From: Welwitschia mirabilis
Lineage: Eukaryota
Direction: 5' to 3'
Length of the DNA: 58,718 nt
Assembly (NCBI GenBank): GCA_051453625.1
Contig: JBOZIK010000001.1
Coordinates: 23,915,641 to 23,974,358, forward strand
In this document: piece after piece, positions 1 through 14,465 of the stretch
Layout of the letters: every line of letters starts with the position of its first letter
Numbering within the stretch: the first letter of the stretch is position 1
Notes under the pieces: generated by a model
Databases searched by the model: none
Told to the model about the DNA's origin: nothing
What the model saw: only the letters and a program-made list of their open reading frames with translations
Made by a program: the position numbers and the translations under genes

Positions 1-3000
1 AAAATCCTAATAGCCTTCTACAAAGTAAGTTAACTTGATTTATAATCGAATTTTCTGAAGTACTTTGCTTTTTCTTTAAAGGGGATGCTCAATTATGGTA
101 TCATAAAAATCCTAATCATGTTTTTAGTTCATGTGGACTAGTAAGAATGCTTTCTTAGCTGAATTTTAATCCATAAGGATAGTTGAAGATTTAAAAGAAT
201 AAATTTTGAATATTAAATGGAAAGATAATGAAAGGTTTTACAAGTTCATGAATAGTTATAATATATTATTAGTTAAATATTCTAACCATAGAATTACAAC
301 TAAAGAATGAGTCAAATCTTAATCTAGAGGATTAAAAAGTTAAACTTTGAAATAATTAGATTTACTATATAAAGAAATCATCAAGACAATGAATATTTAA
401 GAGGTAGGAGAAGCTATTACTCAATTTTATAACATAAGTTAAGGATGGAAGCAAGAAAGTGTAAAGAAGAAAAGGATAAATCAAGTATTTATAAAAAATT
501 AAATGGTAGTATGTATAATTCAAAGTATATCAATCGTATGAAAGAAGTATCTAAAAAGATAACTAATAGTATGATGGGAAAATTTGATTAACTCGATATA
601 CAACACTTTAAAGAGGAAGAAGGACCTATATGTAAACACCATGAAGAAGATAATAATGAAGGAATAGAATATCCCTAGATGTAGGAATTTGTTCATTACT
701 TGGATATTAATAGAGTAGATAAAAATATATTAGACCAACTTGAAGAAAGAAAAAAAACCGTATCCTTATTAAAGTATAAAATGATAAGGTAAGTCAAAAA
801 ATCATTTGCAAAGGTACGTAGATTGTAAAAGGCAAGAGTAATATGATTATTATAGAAATTAGAGAAACAAAGATTCAAACTACACAAAAGAAAAATCAAA
901 AGCAGGGAAGAAAGAGGGAAAATCCTTACTCAACCTCAACCAAATACAAGGGAAGCAATAAGATAAAAGGGAAAAAATTGAATATCTCTCTAGTTGTTGA
1001 AGGAATAAATATAGGAAAGGAAGCAATACTTGATACATTAGTGGATCCTCTACTATTTTTAATGAGAATTAAACAAATAGAACATCTTGAAAAGGATACA
1101 AAATATTTAATAAAGGCTTTAGAAGATACAACAATATCATTACCTCTTTTAAAATTACTTAAAGATGTATCTATTTATTAGAAGCAAATGAAGAGCATGT
1201 GCTTAAAACAAAGGAATAACAAAGGAAAGTAAGAAGGAAAAATAAATCAAGATGGTTATGAAAGATCAAGTTTCTTGAACTTCCACTTAAGTTCTTCAAA
1301 ATCAATAGCATGAAAAATATAGTAATTCAGAAGCACCTATGGGAGATATAAAAATTAATGGAAAGCTCAAAATAAAAGCACTTGTGGATTTAAAAGCAAG
1401 TTTTAATGTAATGGCATATGAAACTTATGAGGAATTTGGAAAGCCAAAATTGATACCTTACTAAGGAAAACTGTACCTGACTAATGGTTTAGTAGTAATA
1501 TTAGAAGGAGTTATAAAGAATATACCCATCAAACTCAAGGGATTTATCTACTTAATAGATATTTTAGTAATGACAGCTCAAAGAGATATTGATGTAGTAA
1601 TTTTAGAAAGACCTTGAATGGCTATTACAGATGCTACTACTTGTTCTAAAAAAGTGGTAATGAAAATTAGTTAAGAAGATCTTAAGAAAGAGATCAAGTT
1701 ATCTGATACAAGGCTATGGAGGAGATGGTGCATAATACAGAAGCTTGAATCAATCCAATTCTGATAGAAGAGGTTAGTATGATGTTAAATAAGAAAAATG
1801 GAAAAAAATATGAAGGAGAAAGCCTGACATCTTAAGAAATAGNNNNNNNNNNNNNNNNNNNNNNNNNNNNNNNNNNNNNNNNNNNNNNNNNNNNNNNNNN
1901 NNNNNNNNNNNNNNNNNNNNNNNNNNNNNNNNNNNNNNNNNNNNNNNNNNNNNNNNNNNNNNNNNNNNNNNNNNNNNNNNNNNNNNNNNNNNNNNNNNNN
2001 NNNNNNNNNNNNNNNNNNNNNNNNNNNNNNNNNNNNNNNNNNNNNNNNNNNNNNNNNNNNNNNNNNNNNNNNNNNNNNNNNNNNNNNNNNNNNNNNNNNN
2101 NNNNNNNNNNNNNNNNNNNNNNNNNNNNNNNNNNNNNNNNNNNNNNNNNNNNNNNNNNNNNNNNNNNNNNNNNNNNNNNNNNNNNNNNNNNNNNNNNNNN
2201 NNNNNNNNNNNNNNNNNNNNNNNNNNNNNNNNNNNNNNNNNNNNNNNNNNNNNNNNNNNNNNNNNNNNNNNNNNNNNNNNNNNNNNNNNNNNNNNNNNNN
2301 NNNNNNNNNNNNNNNNNNNNNNNNNNNNNNNNNNNNNNNNNNNNNNNNNNNNNNNNNNNNNNNNNNNNNTAAGCCAAGACAATTTTTACTTATCATTAGG
2401 ATACTTATGCCTATAAAGTATTACAATTTGGGTTATGTAATGCCCCTGCTACCTTCTAAAGGTTAGTAAATAGTTTTTTTTTAAGGATATGATAGGAAGA
2501 TTTTTTGAATTATTTATATATTATTTCTAAACTTTTAAAAATAATTTTGATGAGTCACTTGATAGATTAGAAAGAGTTTTAGAAACATGTAAAGAGAAAT
2601 GCCTAAAACTTAGCTAGTTAAAAAGTCATCTTATGATGACAGAAGGCATAGTTTTAAGAATAAAATATCTCAAAAAAGGATTGATACTACTAAACAAAAA
2701 ATTAAAGTTATAAAATATATCTTACCCCCCACTAAACTAAAACTGTTAAGATATTTCTTAGGGCATGTTGGATATTATTAAAGATTTGTATCTAACTTTA
2801 GTAAAATTGCTAAACCTCTGAGTAACATTTTAAAGAAAGATGTGTAATATAATTGGACTAATAAATGTCAAAGTTTCTATCAAAATTTAAAAGATAAACT
2901 TTCATCAGCATTTATTTTATGGGTATCCAATTGGACAAGACCATTCCACATTATGATCAATGCATCTAGTCATGCTATAAAAGCTGTTTTGGGGAAAAAG

Positions 3001-5570
3001 ATAAAAACAATAAAATATATGCTGTTGTCTATATTAGTAAGAACCTTAAACCTACTTAACAAAATTGCATAGTAACTAAAAAACAGTTGCTAATAGAAGC
3101 AATGTCATTATAAAAATTCAAACATTATATTTTAGGTTATGAAGTATAAGTTCATACAGACCATAGTGCTATTAGAATTTTCATGAATAAAAAAGAAGCT
3201 AAGTCAAGAATTATGAGGTGGATATTATTAATGAAATAATTTGACTTAAAAATTATTATTAGAAGAGGGACAAAAAATGTAGTAGTAAATCATCTCTCAA
3301 GATTAGAATTTCCTGATGAAGAACAAATAAATATAAGAGATGAATTTCTAGATAAACATCTCTTTCAAGTAAAAATCAGTTCATGGTATCCTAACATAGT
3401 AAATTTTATTATAAGTAATAAATTACCATATTTTAATAATTATTATGAAAGAAAAAAATATTACTAAGAGAATCTAGAGACTAAATATGACATGATAAAA
3501 TGTTATTAAAAGATATAAAGATCATGTTATTAGAACATATGTGAAAGAAAATTTGCTAGAAGAAATTCTAGAGGAAGCTCATAAGAGAGGAAAAGGAGAA
3601 CATTATGGTGAAGAAAAATGAGGATAAAAATTTTTCATATAGGATATTACTGGCTCACAATATTCAAAGATTCAAATAATTATGTCTAGGGTTGTGATAA
3701 GTATCAAAGAGAGGAAGCCTTTAACCAANNNNNNNNNNNNNNNNNNNNNNNNNNNNNNNNNNNNNNNNNNNNNNNNNNNNNNNNNNNNNNNNNNNNNNNN
3801 NNNNNNNNNNNNNNNNNNNNNNNNNNNNNNNNNNNNNNNNNNNNNNNNNNNNNNNNNNNNNNNNNNNNNNNNNNNNNNNNNNNNNNNNNNNNNNNNNNNN
3901 NNNNNNNNNNNNNNNNNNNNNNNNNNNNNNNNNNNNNNNNNNNNNNNNNNNNNNNNNNNNNNNNNNNNNNNNNNNNNNNNNNNNNNNNNNNNNNNNNNNN
4001 NNNNNNNNNNNNNNNNNNNNNNNNNNNNNNNNNNNNNNNNNNNNNNNNNNNNNNNNNNNNNNNNNNNNNNNNNNNNNNNNNNNNNNNNNNNNNNNNNNNN
4101 NNNNNNNNNNNNNNNNNNNNNNNNNNNNNNNNNNNNNNNNNNNNNNNNNNNNNNNNNNNNNNNNNNNNNNNNNNNNNNNNNNNNNNNNTATGTCCAGAGT
4201 TGTGATAAGTATCAAAGAGAGGAAGCCTTTAACCAAAGATTAGAAATGCCACAATAATGGATCCAATTAATTAAACCTTTTAATGTCTAGGAAATAGATT
4301 TCATTGGACCTATGAATTCTTCCTCCTATGAAACAACATATATTTTGGTGTACATTTTGTTTATTTTACTAAGTGGGTAAAGGCTGAGGCTGTATCTTAT
4401 TATTTTTTTCAAATTGTAGTTACCTTTTTCCTTAGGAATATTATCTATTGGTTGGGAGTCCCTTGATGCCTTATATCTGATAGAGGGGCTCATTTTACAA
4501 GTGAAATTTCCAAGAAACTCTTAACTAAACATGGAATCCATCGTAAAATCTCTACTTTATATCATCCTTAATCTAGTAGCTAAGTTGAAGTGATTAACAA
4601 AAAAATTAATAGAATATTAATAAAAGTTATAAATAGTAAGAAAACAAATTGGACTGAAAAATTAAATGAAGCTTTATGGGCTTACAAAATAACATGAAAG
4701 CATAGCATAGGATTTACATCATATGAATTGATCTATGGAAAAAGATCTATTTTGCTAATTAAATTTAGATTAAAAAACTTTAATTTTGATAAGGAACTAA
4801 TGTATAATTTGGATATAGCTCAAGAAGAATGGATAGAAAACATGAATATTTTAGATGAAAATAGAAAGCTCTTTTTTATAAAGAACTTATATAACAAANN
4901 NNNNNNNNNNNNNNNNNNNNNNNNNNNNNNNNNNNNNNNNNNNNNNNNNNNNNNNNNNNNNNNNNNNNNNNNNNNNNNNNNNNNNNNNNNNNNNNNNNAC
5001 ATGGAATCCATCATAAAATCTTTACTTTATATCATCCTTAATCTAGTAGCTAAGTTAAAGTGATTAACAAAAAAATTAATAGAATATTAACAAAAGTTAT
5101 AAATAGTAAGAAAAAAAATTGGACTGAAAAATTAAATGAAGCTTTATGGGCTTACAAAATAACATGAAAACATAGCATAGGATTTACATCATATGAATTG
5201 ATCTATGGAAAAAGATTTATTTTGCTAATTAAATTTAGAATAAAAAACTTTAATTTTGATAAAGAACTAATGTATAATTTGGATATAGCTCAAGAAGAAT
5301 GGATAGAAAATATGAATATTTTAAATGAAAATAGAAAGCTCTTTTGTGTAAAGAACTTATATAACAAAAAAATATATATATTATGATAATAAAATTAGAA
5401 AAACCAATTTTAAGAAATATAAAAAATTACTTAGTAACTTATACTATAACAAAAAATTTAGAAAATGAAATAATAGAGGTATATGATCCAGATGAAAAGG
5501 TAACCTACCAAGTAAATGAGTATAAGATAAAATGTATTGTGATCATAAATCATTGCTTTATTATTTAGAA
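1..5570 (+). mobile_element. Degenerate Ty3/gypsy (Athila/Tat-type) gag-pol remnant, 5' part outside the window
   Basis: Motifs occur in gypsy order: gag FLKYFAFSLKGDAQLW (~52), protease KALVDLKASFNVM (~1375), RT TYAYKVLQFGLCNAPATF (~2402), FLGHVGYY (~2755), RNase H VHTDHSAI (~3150), integrase *EIDFIGP (~4288) and LISDRGAHF (~4470). Many stops and frameshifts. Confidence 0.9.
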
Positions 5571-8138
5571 AACCTTAATAGGGTAAAAATAATACTTTCA
5601 ATTTACTTATAAAATAAAAAATTTTATACTAGATAATAAAGAATGTATTCTTTCTTTAGAGTTTATTCAAGCTATTAATTTATTAAGCTATTTAAGATAA
5701 ATTTAATGACTTTGAAATAAGAAGCTAAGTTGGTAAGTCTTCAACAGGAGAAAGTGCATTATCCTTATGAAAAATATTAGGAAGACATGTTTTATCACAT
5801 AACAGAATATATTTNNNNNNNNNNNNNNNNNNNNNNNNNNNNNNNNNNNNNNNNNNNNNNNNNNNNNNNNNNNNNNNNNNNNNNNNNNNNNNNNNNNNNN
5901 NNNNNNNNNNNNNNAGGTAACCTACCAAGTAAATGGGTATAAAATAAAATGTATTGTGATCATAAATCTTTGCTTTATTATTTAGAAAACCCAAATAGGG
6001 TAAAAATAATACTTTCAATTTACTTATAAAATAAAAAATTTTATACTAGATAATAAAGAATGTGTTCTTTCTTTAGAGTTTATTCAAGCTATCAATTTAT
6101 TAAGCTATTTAAGATAAATTTAATGACTTTGAAATAAGTTGGTAAGTCTTCAACAGGAGAAAGTGTATTATCCTTATTACAAAGATTGGGAAGACATGTT
6201 TCATCACATAACAGAATACATTTTGAGGAATACACATAAAACCAAAAAACAAAACATAGTGTTCCACTGTAAGTGCTCAGGGCAAATATCCCTAAGAGGG
6301 GCCTTTGATAATGTAATACAATAGATGTGAGAGCTCCACTAAGGGGTTATTCAATCATGATATATATTTTGAGAATCTTATATATTATTAATCCTTTAAT
6401 AGTGGTTGTAATCTCCTCATTGTGGTTAATTTTTCTTTTAAAAATGTGACAACAAAGGTTAAAGAATAGTTGTATTCCAGAAGACATCTGAAATACATCT
6501 AGTTACCAAGGCCATAACTATATATCATAACTTATATATTAAAAAGAAAAAATTAACTTTATTCTAATATGTGATGGAATGAAAATCCAAATATCTTTAG
6601 TTCAATATCATGCACAATCATTAAATTCTATTTTTACCAAAAAGTAAAGCTTTATAGTTTTAAAATTATTTCAAATTATCTTAACAATTTAATAAGTTAT
6701 TTAGTATGTATTTCCCTTAATGAATTTAATACAATCATAAGGAAATTAAAATAGTAATAAGATAAGTTTATTTGAAATAAAATAATAAATACAAACTTTA
6801 TTAGATAAAGGAATATATTACAACATTACTTAAAAACATAACAAAAGCCTTACTAAAACTACTTAAAGATAAGAAATAGATAACTCTACTAAAGTAACTT
6901 AATTTTTGAAATGGCTAGCTATTAGAGTATTTGATCTTAGATGACCTTGCAGAACTCTTACTTGGGGCTAGTAAGTGCATTCCACTTAAAGATTTTAACA
7001 GCATGTCTATTTCTTTAGGGTGAGCTTGTCAAAAATTCTTGTAAGGCTTTGCATTCCATATCATTTTTCTATGTTCTCCCTATCAAAGCTTAGTGTAGCT
7101 AGACTAAGTATAGGATTTGGATTTTGAAGCTAATCAACTTTATTTTTTAATGCTTACACTTGTCTAGCTAGTTAACCTAAGAAAACATCATAAGATGAGT
7201 CTTCTTNNNNNNNNNNNNNNNNNNNNTTTTCTATCTAGCCCTCAGATACTTAGACACTAAAGGATAAATCATGGAACTAAAACTGAGAATAATGATCCTG
7301 TTCTCAAATTTTTCTCTACTAGATTTAGTAATGAAAGTATCTAATGTATCTAAGAACTTAGTAATTGATTTATAATCAAAATATAATAAGTATTACATTT
7401 CATTTTTAGACCTAATAGTAATTGAAGATGATTAGGATTCTATACTTATGATACAAATATTAATTTGTATAGAAACTAAATTAAAAATACAATGCTGTAC
7501 CTACTAACATCAAAAGAAATAATGTGAGAGTAAGGGGGAGAATATGTCATAAGGTTTAAATAGGAAGGAATAGTAAGAATTAAATAGGATTAGGTGGAAG
7601 AACTCTAATACTCAGTATGGAGAATGATGAATGGTTATCATGAAGGAATGAAATTTATAGCATAAATATTACTTAATTTAGTTGACAAGTGTGATTTATC
7701 TTGAGATACTTAATATCCTAATGTTTAATAATGAAGTAAAAGATTTTAAAGTAATTACATACCTATTCTATCAAACATCTTAGATCTGCTAAGTATACAG
7801 TGATGATATTCATGTTAAAATAAAAGTCAAGGGATCTTGAACTAATTAAGGTTTAACCTAAAGTTGGAACTTTAGCTTAATTTATGCTCAGCTCAGATTT
7901 TTCCCAAGTTTCAAGTTTTTGTAAGGACCCACTAAATTTTTTATTATCATTAATTATCTAATGGTTATTTAAAATCCTAAATTTTTTTAAATTAATAAAA
8001 ACATTTAGATAATATTATGAAAACATGATTAGTAGTATATAGAAAAAGAATGTATTTTTAAATAAGAATACAATTACTTTTATTACTTCTTTGATAGAGC
8101 AATATAATGGGTTGAAACTATAAAATAAGTTTATCTAG

Positions 8139-8461
8139 TTGACTAACACTAACTCAAGGTTGAATCTTTGAATAATATTTCAAGTCACCTTTATAAATGT
8201 AGAAATTTTATCTTCTTAGATTCTGTGTTTTTTAAACCTACATAAAATAATATAACTTGGTTAATTGACAGTAATATAAAGTCAAAACTGTGAGTAAGAT
8301 TTCAAGTCAAGACATTGTGATGTAAGCTTAGAAGATTGACTAATACCAACTTAAAGTCAAAATTTTGAGTTAGATTTTAAGACAAAAAATTATACTACAA
8401 GCTTGAAGAGTTGATTAATACTAACTCAAAGTTAAAACTTTGAGATAGATTTCAAGTCAAC
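8139..8461. repeat. Degenerate ~70-75 bp tandem repeat, about 4 copies
   Basis: The unit TTGACTAAYACYAACTCAAAGTYAAAAYTTTGAG..AGATTTCAAGTCA recurs at ~8139, ~8265, ~8336 and ~8412. Confidence 0.7.
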
Positions 8462-9749
8462 TTATTTTTATGAAAATAAAAACCCATTACTAAAGAGTAG
8501 AGTTCTTTTCTCAAAGGACCTTGTTGACTTTCCACTATATCTTCTTTCTGCAATCATAATTTTTTTTCATCTTACTTAATTATATTTAATTGGTTAGGAT
8601 TTAAAGGATCTCGTTGAGAACTTTTGAGTTGTCGATAACCCCCTTTGAACCTTTTACTAGCTCCATAATGAATTTGATAGTCCCTGTTAAGAACTCAAGA
8701 GTACTTGATGACCCTTATCAAATTCTTTGGTTGCAGAGAGTAGTAACCATTTAAATATGATACCCTATTCCTCAGACCTATTAATTAAAACCAAACTTAA
8801 CACCCCTAGACCCCTTTCCCTGGAAAAAAAAATTCCTCGATGACCCCCATCGAAAAGCAACAAATAGTTTATTTTTACATTACCTATCCCACTTCAGCCT
8901 TCATGATATCCATTTCATGTGAACTACTTTTTTTACTATTCTCTTGCCATCACATCATTAATTTTGTACATCAACATCCACATGGAATTATTCCATTTTT
9001 AATGATTTTCTAGTGAAAAAGTTTTACTCTCTTCAAATGTGTGAATTGAATGCAACAACAAGTACACATTTTTAGCTATTTGAAGCTAGAAATAAGTATG
9101 TAATTTTACTTTTACTTGTGCATTTTCCTTTCTCATGCTTGAGTTCTTTTAGCATTATGGTGAAATATCTCCACACAAAAATTTTAAGTTTGTCATTGTT
9201 TTTGATATTTTTATTTTTAAGCATTCAAACGTATGCAAATATTTAACTTGGAGATAGGATGAAAAACAAAATTTTGTGAAAAGAAAATGCTGGCAAAGTG
9301 TAAATTCTTTCAAGATGATATTTTATATTTTTTCACTTTCAAAATGAGAAAGTTTTATACTCTTTTTAAGAAACAAAGAAACCTACCTAACGAGTGTGAA
9401 ATTGTTTCTTAAATATTATTACTTAAGTAGTTTTATTATTTTATAAAAAAATGTTTTTAATAATATTTTAAACAACCTTATCTAACTCAAAAAATGATAA
9501 TTTGACAAAAAGAAAAATCATTTCTTTTTTAAATTTTTTAAATTTGTTTTTAGGCCCCTTTTTAGTAGATTTTAAACAATCTATCATTGAATTAGGTTGG
9601 TATGAGTGATTAACAATGATTGACAAATTTACTTTAGAATCTGTTTACAAATTTTATAAGAATTTGAAGTTGATGAGTATAAAATTGTATTGAAAATAAT
9701 TATTGAGAATGAGAAAATATCAATTACTTAAAAAGAAATTAAAAAAATG

Positions 9750-12170
9750 TTACACTTTCTATCTATAGGTAAATCTATTGAGGATACGAGAAGAAAAGAA
9801 GATACAAATTTAAGCATGAGTCTATTTGGAGGATGGTAATGTAAGGCATAATACCTATGAAGAAATATTTAGAATCAAATTTTTTTATTATTTCAAATAT
9901 TATGGTTAGTAATTTAGTACTAATTCTACATAAATAGAAGGATATCACATTACCTAGTCTATACATGACAACAGTTGTAAAGGATAGAACAATCAAACAA
10001 ATGTTAATATTATAGAAAGAATTTTTTTTAATTTAGTTAGATATGTTTTTAAAATGAGGAAGGTTGGAATAGGAGATTTTGATGTAGTAGAGCTAGGATT
10101 TCCATCTTTAATAGCCCAAATAATAAATAAAACCAAAGTTCCATTTAGGCTAAATAAGTCCTGTGTGGACTTAACAATTTAGAGTCTTTTTAGAGTTAAA
10201 GAATTAAGTCTTTTAAATACCATAAGACAAAGAAGTTCAAATTAAGGAACTTCTCAATTAGAACCAGGTGAGCCCTCTTTTATTTCATAAATCCTTCCCT
10301 CATTGATGCCTCTTATAAGTATGGGTCAAGACCCAACATAGTTTACTTTTAAAGGACTTCTTCATCCCCATTCATTATAGCCTAGTTGATTCTCTAAAGT
10401 ACTAGAAGAAGATAAGATTAACAATATTTACATTACCTTAAATCCAATTAAGGATGAAATTCAAACTTGTCTCAGCAAGAAGGAAGAACTATTAAAATTA
10501 CAAAATTAAGTTTTTTATTTAAAGATTGAAAATAAATTTTTAAGACAAAGAATAGATCAAGAAAAGAAACATGCTAAAAGATTACAACAACAAATAATCA
10601 AAAAAGAGGAAAATATTAAGTATCAAAAGCATATAAGGACATGAGTAGGAAATTCCAGAGAGCTTACGAGAGGATTTCTAAATTGAAAACAGTTGTTAAA
10701 GATAGGAAGGAATTGGAAAATTTTCCAAGATAAAAACTAGAAATGCTAGTCTTTTTATTGTGGAATATCACTTCAACTAAAAAATATGATGTTAAATATA
10801 TAAATAATAAATAAAAATTTATTACATTTATGCATAATGAAGGTCCTTCACCATCAAACAAGTAATAATCAAATAAGGTCTATGTATACTTGAAGGGAAT
10901 GAATGAAAAAAATATGAATATTCAAGCATAGGCCTAGGAATATAAACACAAATGGATTGAAGCCCAAAATTTAATTGATTATTATAATTCCATCTTAGGA
11001 GTAAACAAAAGAGCCATGAATTAAATTATAAAAGAAAATAAGGCTTTAAAAAATAGAATAAAAGAAGCAAGCTCTTCTAGTTATCGAACTGATTAAGATT
11101 TAGCCATTAAGCATATGATCTTAGAAATAAAAGAGAAGATCAGAAGGACAGTATATTCAATACAATATATTTCTTATACCTTTTCAAATATAATTGCTAA
11201 AATTAACAATAAAATAAATCTAAGTGTTGTAGATGCTTTAAAAAAATCTTATGGTCATTTGGAAAAGGATATTAGGTTAATACATTCATAATATACCCAA
11301 CTTATTATTCAAAATTTAGAAAAGTTGAGATTGCTACATGAACTATACCTAATGGAGGTTAAGTTTGGTAAAAAAATTAGTTTTGGCCATGAGGAATTAG
11401 CAGTTCCTTAAAGCCTTAATTACTGTCCTTGGAAGTTATATGATTTGATTAATAGATTTAAAGAGCAATTAGAAAGTATCATTCAAAATGCTTGTGGGGG
11501 TAGTCAAGGCTAAATAAAATTTTTCATACTTATAGAAATGGGATTAAATCTTTATAAAATGATTTTGTACAGAAAATAAGTAAATTCTCTACAAGGAATT
11601 TAAAATTATTTTAAATAATACAATAATAAAATTTCATAAAATAATAGAAGAATGTGAAACAAATATGAAAGTTTTTATAGTATCCTCTTAAGATCTTTAG
11701 TAGCTATATTCCTTTAGAGATAGAATTGTAAAAAATATAACTATACTCAGAGGTAGTTTGATGGATATTTTTTTAAGTTATAAAATAAAGATATATCATA
11801 TATACACTCCCATTAGGATAACTCTCAAGAGTAGGATTATAAGTCAAAATGGCTTCAAAACCAAAACATATGCCTCGAAGGCTTAAAAAATAATTCTTTT
11901 AGTTGTAAAAGAAAGAGAGGAAAGCCAAAGCTACTAAGGGCTTCTTTAAAAGGGAGAGGTAGAAGAAAAAAAGATAGTAACTAAAGAACCATTGGATATA
12001 AAACTTATGGATTTGAATGATCCTATTTTATAGGAAGAACAAACAAAAATTCGGGTTACCTTAGAATAGGAAAAGTAATTAGCCTAGTTGTATAAGAAAT
12101 TAGAAGAATTAGAATGTAGTGAAGATCATCTTTTTGTTTTCAAAACAAGAAAGGAAAAATGATAAGCTTA
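9750..12170 (+). pseudogene. Decayed extra ORF (coiled-coil-rich) upstream of an Athila-type PPT
   Basis: The frame from 10441 reads NPIKDEIQTCLSKKEELLKLQN*VFYLKIENKFLRQRIDQEKKHAKRLQQQIIKKEENIK. The region is purine-rich and coding-like and ends just before the PPT. Boundaries are approximate. Confidence 0.5.
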
Positions 12171-12232
12171 CTTTTTTTCTTTCTTATGTATACTTTGTTA
12201 AGGGACTAACAAAATCTTGAGCTTGGGGGAAC

Positions 12233-13019
12233 TGATGAGTAAAGATAAGGATGTAAATTTTTCTTATTAATAAAATGTTTTTTTCTTATATTGTATATTT
12301 TAGATGGCATTAAATATTTCTCTTTAGTATTTAGGTTAATATACTAATTAGTTAATATACTCAATAGTTAATATGTTTGTTAGTTTATATGTTAGTAGGT
12401 CAGCATATAAAATTGTATCATTGTGTTATTAGTACAATATTCCATTTAGTATGAGAATGAGTGAGAAGATTAAGATGGCAAAAATACTGCAACAGATTCA
12501 ACCATAAACCTATTCTTTAAGAGTAAAGAAAGGAAACAATAACATATAAAGGGCTAAAGGGTATAATAAGGGGATCATCACACAAAAGAAGAATCTTTTA
12601 GCAAAAAGACTCTAGAAATAGAACTAAGCAAGAGATCAAAAAGAAGTTCGAAACATCCTAAAAAGGATGTGCCAACATCTCTAATGTTTCAATGTTACTT
12701 GCAAATGAAAGCATAAAATTATTAGTATATTTTTGTGTAATGTTTTGGTATTTTAATAAAAAGCTGAAAAGTAAATATTTTTGAGAAGTATCATGAACAT
12801 GTTTTATTACTTGAAAAAGCAATATTCTCTTTCACTTACTTCTATTTATGTAGCTAAATACAAATTAGGATAATTAGTGATACTCAGAAATAAGTATTAT
12901 TCAATGTTTAGTAAAACTTCTATTATGTTTTTTCCATTTTTTTCAATCCCCATAATGTCATATATGTACATAGCTTACTTTAGCAATTATTAACCTAACT
13001 AGTTCAAGTAACTTCATCA
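12233..13019 (+). repeat. Probable 3' LTR of a plus-strand Athila-like element
   Basis: Preceded by GGGACTAACAAAATCTTGAGCTTGGGGGAAC, an Athila-type PPT context. Starts TGATG; candidate end ...CTTCATCA at 13019 is uncertain. Confidence 0.45.
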
Positions 13020-14465
13020 TGAGTTTATCTTCATGATGCATTTGGAACTACATGGTTGAAGTATTAGTGGTCTCAGTTAGTTCTTTAGTAAACCTCTAAT
13101 TTTAATCTAATGGTTTAAGCTTATTTTAGATTAATATCATTATAGTTTTCTGATTTTTTAGCCTAATTTCATAGTATTTTCTATATTTATTTTATAATAT
13201 AAGCTTTCACCACTACTTCACCCAATAAATTCCATCAATCACTCTTTCCTTCTATCCATTTACAAGTTCATTAGATTAGATGATCTTAGTTGATGACCCC
13301 TAAGTGAATGAATAGTTAATAGGTAATTGTTTCATTATTTTGAACTAATAGAATTTAAGTTTACCAGTAGTTTTTCAAAAAAAGGTTTTCTTACTTTTTA
13401 GTTAAATTATTAAGTTTTAGTTTCACTTAAGATCTTTTAATGAGAAATTATGTTAAAGTAAGATGGAATCTACTTTTAGGCAATGTGAATTGTTTTTAAA
13501 GGTATTTTTATGGGGATAAGGCTTATCTTAATTAGGCTAATGACCTAGTGCCTGCATAAACATGTATTGAATATGGAAAGGATAATTTAAAAAAATTAAA
13601 AATATCTGCTTTCCTAGAAGCACATTATTGTATGATCAATTAAAAGTGGTCTTAGTGAACTACATCAGTGCTATGAATGGTCATGAGTAATGCAGCTCTG
13701 ATGATATATTTGATGACATGTTCAACTACAATGGGGCTATAAATGCTCACTAGCAATACGATACTAAATCTTTCATAAATCAACATGTTTAACTCTATTG
13801 AAAGGAGGTGTCATAAAACTAAATGCCAAATTAGATCAAAATGCTTGAAACATAAAATAAGGCATGATTGTAGAAAAGGAAAATTGGAATAAAAAAGATG
13901 GAATTGGGAGATGCTTTTTGTATTTACTTTTCTTTAACTTGTACAGTTGAGAATTTACTTAACTAATTTTTGTTGACTTATAGTTTTACCTAGAAGATAC
14001 CTTATTTAAATGATAATATGAAACATTGTAAATTTAGAAAAAAATTTCTAATATTTTTAATAAATGTGACCATTAACTTAGGTATTCTATCTTTTAAATT
14101 TATATATAATGGATTTTCATTAGGTTTGTTCATAAAAATTGTATTTTATTTTAAACCTTTCATTGCATTGCTTTTCCAAATACATTCTTCATCATCATGT
14201 ACTAGCCTAATTAACTTGTTTTCAAAAGCCTTGTATAAATTTTCCATCTTTGTAATTCTGAGGACAAATTTTCATTAGGATAACATGTTCACTTTTATAG
14301 AATTCTTTTAATTTTGATGCCTTAATTATTAAAAATTTGATTAATTTTTTTTTTTAAATGTCATATCATTTTCTGACTTGCCTTTTTCACTTACTCAAAT
14401 TTTCCATTCTTTACTAGTTATTTATTACCTTTTTGCTAAGGGTCTAGTAAAATACTAGTTAGGAT

